From Armatimonadota bacterium (lineage in GTDB: Bacteria > Armatimonadota > UBA10988), in contig JACRKZ010000043.1 of assembly GCA_016235455.1 (NCBI GenBank), positions 38,290-102,289 of the forward strand: a stretch of DNA of 64,000 bases, given 5' to 3'. Shown here in pieces: positions 59,001 through 64,000 of the stretch. The translations under genes were made by a program, and so were the position numbers. Below the pieces are notes generated by a model that saw only the letters and a program-made list of their open reading frames with translations, did no database searches and had not been told where the DNA came from. The stretch's first letter is position 1. Each line of letters opens with the position of its first letter.

Positions 59001-60155
59001 GAGCACCGTGGCATTCCCGGCAACAACGTGGGCAACTTCCGCGAGCGCCGGATTGCCATGCGCACCAAGTACGCGGGCGTCGACGATGATCCCGAGGTGA
59101 TTCCCGACCTGGGCCTCAAGCCGGTCGACTTCATCAAGCCGGGGCCCGAGCCCCTGCGCGTGACCCAACCGCCGAACATCCAGGGCTGGCCGTTCAACAC
59201 GGATACGGCTCGCAGCCAGCAGGTGGCCGCGGCCGCCGAACTGGCCAAGGCCAAGCCGGTGGCGAACGCCGCCGAGCCCGCGCGACGGGTCGTCGACCTG
59301 GGCGGCGGCAAGACCATGGAGTTCGTGTTGGTGCCCGCCGGCGAGTTCGCCATGGGCAGCATCAGCGGCGCGAACGATGAGGCGCCCGTCACCCGGGTGC
59401 GCATCGACAAGCCGTTCTGGATGAGCGTGACCGAGGTCAGCAACGAGCAGTTCAACACGTTCGACCCGAAGCACGACAGCCGCTACATCGATATGCAGCA
59501 CAAGGACCACACCAACCCCGGCTATCCGGCCAACCTGCCCAAGCAGCCGGTGGTCCGGGTCAACTGGGACGTGGCCAACGACTTCTGCTCCTGGCTCAGC
59601 CGCAAGACCGGCGCCCTGGTGCAGTTGCCGACCGAGGCGCAGTGGGAATGGGCCTGCCGCGCGGGCTCGGACACGCCGTTCTGGTTCGGCGGGCTCGATA
59701 CCGACTTCGGCAAGGTGGCCAACTTGGCCGATCAGACCATCAAGCTGCTGGCCGTCGACGGCGTCAACCCGCAGCCGGTGGCCAACCCGAACCCGATCTT
59801 CCAGGACTTCGTGCCGCGGGAGCGACGGTTCAACGACGGCAAGCTGATCGAGACCGAGGTCGGCAGCTATCAGCCCAACGCCTGGGGCCTGTGCGACATG
59901 CACGGCAACGTGGCCGAGTGGACGCGGTCGGACTACAAGCCTTACCCGTACGCCGACAAGGATGGCCGCAACGAGGCCAAGGCCGGCGTGCTCAAGGCCG
60001 TGCGCGGCGGTAGCTGGCGCGATCGCCCGTTCCGCTGCACCAGCTCCTGGCGGCTCGGCTACTACACCTATCAGCCGGTGTGGGACGTCGGCTTCCGCGT
60101 CATCCTCGAGGACAACGGCGGCAAGCCGGCGGTGGCGATGCTGCCCACGCGCTAA
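56007..60155 (+). CDS. Secreted HZS-alpha-like propeller / c-type heme / FGE-sulfatase-domain protein
   Basis: Signal peptide, GSDDG..W.NG (PA14-like), YTRWEY, RRILGTVPV..DGS, CAGCH, CVGCH, LPTEAQWEWACRAG, N.WGL.DMHGNVAEW and RGGSW. Confidence 0.85.
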   Translation: MRMRYMALAMVLGLALSALADPGYYAKRDGWRETLLAAREALIKSEEEAARSAKPEVKEPVTLGPWYRIGPFADKGMCTFADAAPPEAEIALDKSYGADKLAWVKSDYEDGTVHDLPGKDAANTYLYRTITAAKAITLTGYFGSDDGLVVWFNGEKLLSQDVPRGAGANQASAPLNMKAGENKLLLKIHNNTGGHGFYFALQASPKGADPRVEARNQLWSMVERDFADEAARRQMQWERADGIWNADWTAGDLKAIADRYVKAVKVAHLVVEAKRLAAAVKTPGDLVPLAKVYEKSQLITQGIAGMKAFDSAPLRRALDDLTATYGDARYPRGKEFAARLDTLEKAREAAIDGAQKGDASAVEGAAKTAADLETLRRDVLMANPLVAELDKLVYVKRRTNNMGLPQNWQGNTSIARTGYENQIDRLSLRDGSVTTVYKPEGGRFVGNLYMHWDAQRMLFSMPNADNRWDIFEVKPDGQGLREVGPNDEPDVDNYDACYLPSGKIIFCSTRVFHGVPCVGGADAVGNLCVMDNDGKNVRMLAFDQDHNWCPTVTNDGRVMYTRWEYSDTAHYFTRILFKMNPDGTRQMEMYGSNSFWPNSMFYTRAIPNDPTKVVTIVSGHHGVPRMGEMAIIDPSKGRRETGGAEQLITQYGKPVENKVEDQLVNNSWPKFLHPYPLSDKYFLVASQPTPQSNWGIYLVDKFDNMLLLREEPGFALLEPVAVLARPVPPIIPDAVKPERKDASVYVADLYAGPGLAGIPRGTVKQIRLYTPHYSYNNMGGHINIGIEGPWDVRRILGTVPVNDDGSVAFNVPANTPISFQACDAQGRALQMMRSWYTAMPGEVISCAGCHESQNGAIGNRPTTAAARRQPYDIATWRGPVRGFSWKRDVQTQVLDKFCVGCHDGTTAYDGKPHMDLRASNEKGWGGFDKSYIALHPFVRRHGPEGDDHMLAPMDFFANTSELVQMLQKGHHGVKLDDEAWDRLYTWIDLNVPDHGTWTEHRGIPGNNVGNFRERRIAMRTKYAGVDDDPEVIPDLGLKPVDFIKPGPEPLRVTQPPNIQGWPFNTDTARSQQVAAAAELAKAKPVANAAEPARRVVDLGGGKTMEFVLVPAGEFAMGSISGANDEAPVTRVRIDKPFWMSVTEVSNEQFNTFDPKHDSRYIDMQHKDHTNPGYPANLPKQPVVRVNWDVANDFCSWLSRKTGALVQLPTEAQWEWACRAGSDTPFWFGGLDTDFGKVANLADQTIKLLAVDGVNPQPVANPNPIFQDFVPRERRFNDGKLIETEVGSYQPNAWGLCDMHGNVAEWTRSDYKPYPYADKDGRNEAKAGVLKAVRGGSWRDRPFRCTSSWRLGYYTYQPVWDVGFRVILEDNGGKPAVAMLPTR

Positions 60156-60177
60156 GCTGGCCGTTGGTCCAACCCTT

Positions 60178-60214
60178 CCGAGGGCTCGCTCGCGAGAGCG
60201 GGCCCTCGGCGTTT
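60178..60214 (+). terminator. Hairpin between convergent genes (probable terminator)
   Basis: ccgagggctcgctc-GCGA-gagcgggccctcgg forms a 14-bp stem with GNRA loop and a short T tract. Confidence 0.7.
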
Positions 60215-60223
60215 GGGGTGCGC

Positions 60224-61600
60224 CTAGCGGAAGCGTAGTGAGTACAGGTCCGCGTCGCTCATGACGAACCGCAGGCGCAGCGCCTTGCCGGCGACAGCGC
60301 TCAGGTCGCTGCCGCCCTTCCAGGCCACGACATGCTCAATCTGGTCGCCCACGATGGGCGGGCAGTCGGTAAGCGCGAAACCCGGCACGGCATCACCGTC
60401 AGAGGTCTGCAGTTCCACCTGAACGCGGCCCGCCGCCGAGGTGCTGTAGTTGATGACCAGCTCCCTGCCACCGAACACCAGTGGCTTGGTAAGCAGCTGA
60501 CCCCCCTTCGCGGGCGCATTGACCGATACGAAGCCGTCGGTGCGCAAGGTGTAGCGCAGGCCTCCCGGCGCGTGGTAGATGGACATCTCCGCCGGTCCGG
60601 TCGGCACGACGTTCTGGGCCGCATAGTTGGCGCGATTGCCTCACCGCTCGGGTGCGAGACCGGGCCGGATGAAAGCCTCGGTGAACAGCCGGTCATAGTG
60701 GTCGCCGCCGCGCGAGCTCATGAAGAGGATGTCCGTGGACGACCCGCGGTCGGGCATGAAGCGCGTCGGCAGCGCGATGTAGATGTGCGGCGCGCGGAAG
60801 TACGGCTGCGTGTTGCTCGTGTAGAGATGCTCGCCGGGCAGATTGGGGGCCATGGGCACGGGCTTGGCCCACGTCGCGAAGTCGGGCGATGTGGTCCGGC
60901 TGACAGAGCGAAGCTGGCCGTGCGGCGTCTCCCAGGAGCGGAAGTAGCACACGTAGCAGTTCTCTGCCTCCGACCAGAACGCGACGTTCTGCGAGTCGAA
61001 GGCGAAGGCCGTGGACGTGATGACAGGCTTGTCGCCGACCCGCCTCCAGTGGATCCCATCAGGCGAGACGAACGCGAACAACCCGCTCGTATGCGTTCCC
61101 GCCAGCGCTTTGAAGCGCTCTTCGCGCGGTGCGCCCGGCCGTGTGTCCAGGAACGGCGAGAAGTTGTGGCAGAACGGTGGGCTGTTGGCCAGGACGGCGT
61201 TGTTCTCGCGCGAGCCGTTTACCTCGCACAGGCCAAGCTTGGGCAGAGTCCAGTCGTGGCCGTCCCGGCTCTCGGCGTAACAGGTCATCTCGCCCGGGTT
61301 GCCGTCGTTGGTCTCGCCCTTCCAGCCGGGCACGTAGTCGCGGTACCAGGCGCGGTAGGTGTCGCCGTCCTTGACGACCGTCATGTAGTAACCGCGCACC
61401 GGGTGCTCCGGCGTCGGCGCCAGCCGCGGCTCGTGGAGCCGGAAGCTGGTGCCATCGAGCTGCTGGACCAGGTAGTCGTCCACGAACAGCTCCAGGCGCG
61501 AACCAATGGCCAGCACCGCGGCCCCCTCTCCGGCCAGTGCGCCCGCGGCGGCGTGCGCCAGCACGGCCAGTGGCACAAGCGGTCCAAGCAAGCGTCCCAT
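60224..61600 (-). pseudogene. Secreted five-bladed-propeller (GH32/GH43-like clan) protein interrupted by an in-frame TGA
   Basis: ELFVD, YAESRDG..W.., SPDGIHW, FDSQN and LR.DGF.S. Both ORF-track pieces share one frame, separated only by TGA at 60641-60643. Confidence 0.8.
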
Positions 61601-61750
61601 TGCGGCCTTCCCGTACCGCCGCGCGGCGCGGCGCAGTGGTCACGAACGAGTATAGGCGGCCACAGGGCGCACCGCCACTTCACTCAGCGCGTTGACATCT
61701 GGCCATCGGTGGCGCGTCAGTGTACGATCGAGCCCATTGGAGTCTGGCCC

Positions 61751-63001
61751 ATGTTCATCGCTCCTCGCGCTTTGTCGCTTGTGCTGCTGCTGCTGGCGCC
61801 GCTGGCCGCCCAGCCCAACCGCACCCTGACCGTCGACGCCGGCGCCGAGCGCGGCCTGGCCAGGCCGGTCACCGGCTTCCTCGGCGGTCTGCGCGACAGC
61901 ACGCCCGACGAGCTGCTCCGGCCCATGAACATCGGTCTGTGGCGTATCGGCCACCAGTTCCGTGGGCGCATCGGCGGCGGGCTCAACGCGGCCATCGACC
62001 GCGTGGAATCGCTGGGCGCGCGGTACAAGCTGGTCATGAGCGACCTGATCGCCTCCAAGCCGACGGACTGGGCGGTCTACGAAGCCGATGTGAAGAAGCT
62101 GGTCGCCTCGGTCGGGCCGCGGGCCAAGACCGTCATCTGGGAGCCGGTCAACGAGCCCGACATCAGCCACAAGCCGATCGAGACCTACTACGACCTGTAC
62201 GAGCACGCCTTCCGGGCGCTGCGCGCGGCCGAGCCCGAGGCGCAGATCTGCGGGCCGGGTTATGCCTTCCCCAACCACGATCGCTACCGGCAGTTCCTCG
62301 ACGCCTGCCGGGCGCGCGGCGTCGAGTGCAACTACCTGGCCTGGCACTACACCGGCTGGGACCCGCGTCAGCCCGAGCGCGGCAAGTGGGGCCTGGAGCG
62401 GCTGCACGAGTTCATCGCCGCCTATCCCGAGCAGAAGATCCGCGAGATTCACTGCGACGAGTGGGGTGCCGGGCCAGAGAAGCCCAACGCCGAGGCGCCC
62501 GGCCGACTGCTGCCGGGCCTGGCCGTCAACTGGTTCCAGTGCCTCGAAGAAGTCTACCGGGTCGACCGCGCCTGTCGCGCCAACTGGGGCAAAGAGGACG
62601 ACTACCTGGGCGGCATCGTCACCGACAAGCATGAGCCGCACCCCAGCTACCAGGTCTACCGGCTGTACGGTCAGCAGAAGGGCATGACGCGCATCGCCGT
62701 CGAGGGCACGCGGCCCGGCCTGGCGGCCCTGGCGGCCAAGGACAAGGAGCATGTCGAGGTGCTGATCGGCTCGGTCGGGCCGACACCCGGTCCGCTCGAA
62801 GTGGTCTTCCATCATGTGGCTTTGGAGGCGCCGAGCGTCAGCGTCTACCTGATCCCCGCTGACGACGTCAACGGCGTGCTGACCGCTGACCGTATCCCGC
62901 TGCTGCCAGCCAAGGTGGCCGCGTCCATGGGCACCGTCACTGTGACGCTGCCGGGCATCTCGCAGAATCAGGCCTACCATCTGGTGGTGCGCGGGCGGTA
63001 A
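61751..63001 (+). CDS. Secreted GH39-like (clan GH-A) glycoside hydrolase
   Basis: Signal peptide from ATG 61751, WEPVNEPD (acid/base), GP, WH.Y and DEWG (nucleophile). Confidence 0.75.
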   Translation: MFIAPRALSLVLLLLAPLAAQPNRTLTVDAGAERGLARPVTGFLGGLRDSTPDELLRPMNIGLWRIGHQFRGRIGGGLNAAIDRVESLGARYKLVMSDLIASKPTDWAVYEADVKKLVASVGPRAKTVIWEPVNEPDISHKPIETYYDLYEHAFRALRAAEPEAQICGPGYAFPNHDRYRQFLDACRARGVECNYLAWHYTGWDPRQPERGKWGLERLHEFIAAYPEQKIREIHCDEWGAGPEKPNAEAPGRLLPGLAVNWFQCLEEVYRVDRACRANWGKEDDYLGGIVTDKHEPHPSYQVYRLYGQQKGMTRIAVEGTRPGLAALAAKDKEHVEVLIGSVGPTPGPLEVVFHHVALEAPSVSVYLIPADDVNGVLTADRIPLLPAKVAASMGTVTVTLPGISQNQAYHLVVRGR

Positions 63002-63053
63002 CGGAAGGTCACCGCCCCGCGCGCGGCGAACCACCGAGTCTCGGAGGCCCGCC

Positions 63054-64000
63054 ATGCCATCGGTCGACCTGCCCCGCACCATGCCCGCCGTGGTCTGCCA
63101 CGGACCGCACGACTACCGTCTGGAGGAGCTGCCGACGCCCGTCGCCGGACCCGGCGAGGTGGTCATCGAGGTGGAGGCCTGCGGCGTCTGCGCGGGCGAT
63201 GCCAAGTGCTTCGGCGGCGCGCCGCTGTTCTGGGGCGACGACCGGCGCGAGGGCTATGTCCAGCCGCCCATCACGCCCGGCCACGAGTTCGTCGGCACCG
63301 TGGTGGCGCTGGGCGAAGGTGCTGGCGAGCGGCATCGGCTGGCGCTGGGCGACCGTGCCATCGCCGAGCAGATCGTGCCCTGTGGCGCCTGCCGCTTCTG
63401 CCGCCGTGGGCAGTACTGGATGTGCCAGGTCCACGACATCTTCGGCTTCCGCCGCGCCGTGCCCGGCGGCATGGCGCGCTACATGAAGTTCCCCGCCGGC
63501 GCGCTGTGTCATCGCGTGCCGGCTAGCATCCCGCGCGCGGCGGCGGCCATGATCGAGCCGCTGTCCTGCTCCATCCACGCGGTGCAGCGCGGCGGGATTG
63601 AGCTGGGTGACACCGTCGTGGTTGCCGGCTGCGGGCCGCTGGGCCTGGGCATGGTCGGCGCGGCCCGGCTCAAGAGCCCCGGCCTGCTGATCGCGGTGGA
63701 TATGAACGACGAGCGGCTGGCGCTGGCGAGCCAGATGGGCGCCGACCTGACGCTCAACCCAGCCCGCGACGACGTCGTCGACCGCGTGCGCGCGCTGACC
63801 GAGGGCTACGGCTGCGATGTCTACATCGAGGCCAGCGGCCATCCGCGCGCGGTCGAGCAGGGGTTGCACGCCATCCGCAAGCTTGGCACCTTCGTCGAGT
63901 TCAGCGTCATGGCCGAGCCGGTCAGCGTCGACTGGACCATCATCGGCGACAGCAAGGAGCTGAACATCCACGGCGCGCACCTGGGGCCGTACTGCTATCC
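63054..64000 (+). CDS. Zinc-dependent polyol dehydrogenase (erythritol/L-threitol dehydrogenase-like), truncated by the window end
   Basis: Not in the ORF track. Manual translation gives MPSVDLPRTMPAVVCHGPHDY..CGVCAGD.KC..FWGD..PGHEFVG, C..C..C...C, EP and GCGPLGLG. Confidence 0.88.
   Translation, partial: MPSVDLPRTMPAVVCHGPHDYRLEELPTPVAGPGEVVIEVEACGVCAGDAKCFGGAPLFWGDDRREGYVQPPITPGHEFVGTVVALGEGAGERHRLALGDRAIAEQIVPCGACRFCRRGQYWMCQVHDIFGFRRAVPGGMARYMKFPAGALCHRVPASIPRAAAAMIEPLSCSIHAVQRGGIELGDTVVVAGCGPLGLGMVGAARLKSPGLLIAVDMNDERLALASQMGADLTLNPARDDVVDRVRALTEGYGCDVYIEASGHPRAVEQGLHAIRKLGTFVEFSVMAEPVSVDWTIIGDSKELNIHGAHLGPYCY

Noticed and set aside
55908-59903. Very long antisense ORFs (also 22632..25889, 30970..33504, 40582..43614, 48810..51062)
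   Set aside because: These are shadow ORFs opposite well-supported genes, expected at high GC3, and contain no recognisable motifs.
56007-60155. Anammox hydrazine synthase or the maturase for the sulfatase at 3752
   Set aside because: There are no hzsB/hzsC or hao genes, and the FGE-like domain lacks the catalytic Cys pair.
60641-60643. Selenocysteine or genome-wide TGA recoding
   Set aside because: The context suggests Trp, not Cys. I saw no convincing SECIS hairpin, and TGA is the normal stop of many genes here, including ATGA overlaps.
61692-61728. TTGACA...TACGAT promoter for the GH39-like gene
   Set aside because: The 25-nt spacing is incompatible with a sigma70 promoter.

Overview
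GC-rich bacterial chromosomal window, densely coding (about 38 genes) and dominated by accessory carbohydrate and small-molecule catabolism. It encodes five Gfo/Idh/MocA oxidoreductases (three are tandem Tat-signal paralogues with an atypical EAP motif), a sulfatase, GH29, GH81, GH39-like, GH95-like and GH-A-like hydrolases, an L-fucose isomerase, two DegT aminotransferases, two URO-D/methyltransferase-fold proteins and several large secreted multidomain proteins. The gene style suggests Armatimonadota or a PVC-type organism, which is inference only. I found no rRNA, tRNA, CRISPR array, transposase or integrase. Features not explained by the ORF track are: several distinct families of short palindromic intergenic elements, including a nested alternative-pairing inverted repeat at 52.3 kb; five discrete gene lesions (a 10-bp tandem duplication, two apparent internal deletions, a probable TGG>TGA stop and a probable ACG start) that may be real decay or assembly errors; a circularly permuted LamG domain inserted in a GH95-like enzyme; and an orphan ATPase with a degenerate Walker B motif. 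All family assignments come from motif recognition, not database searches.
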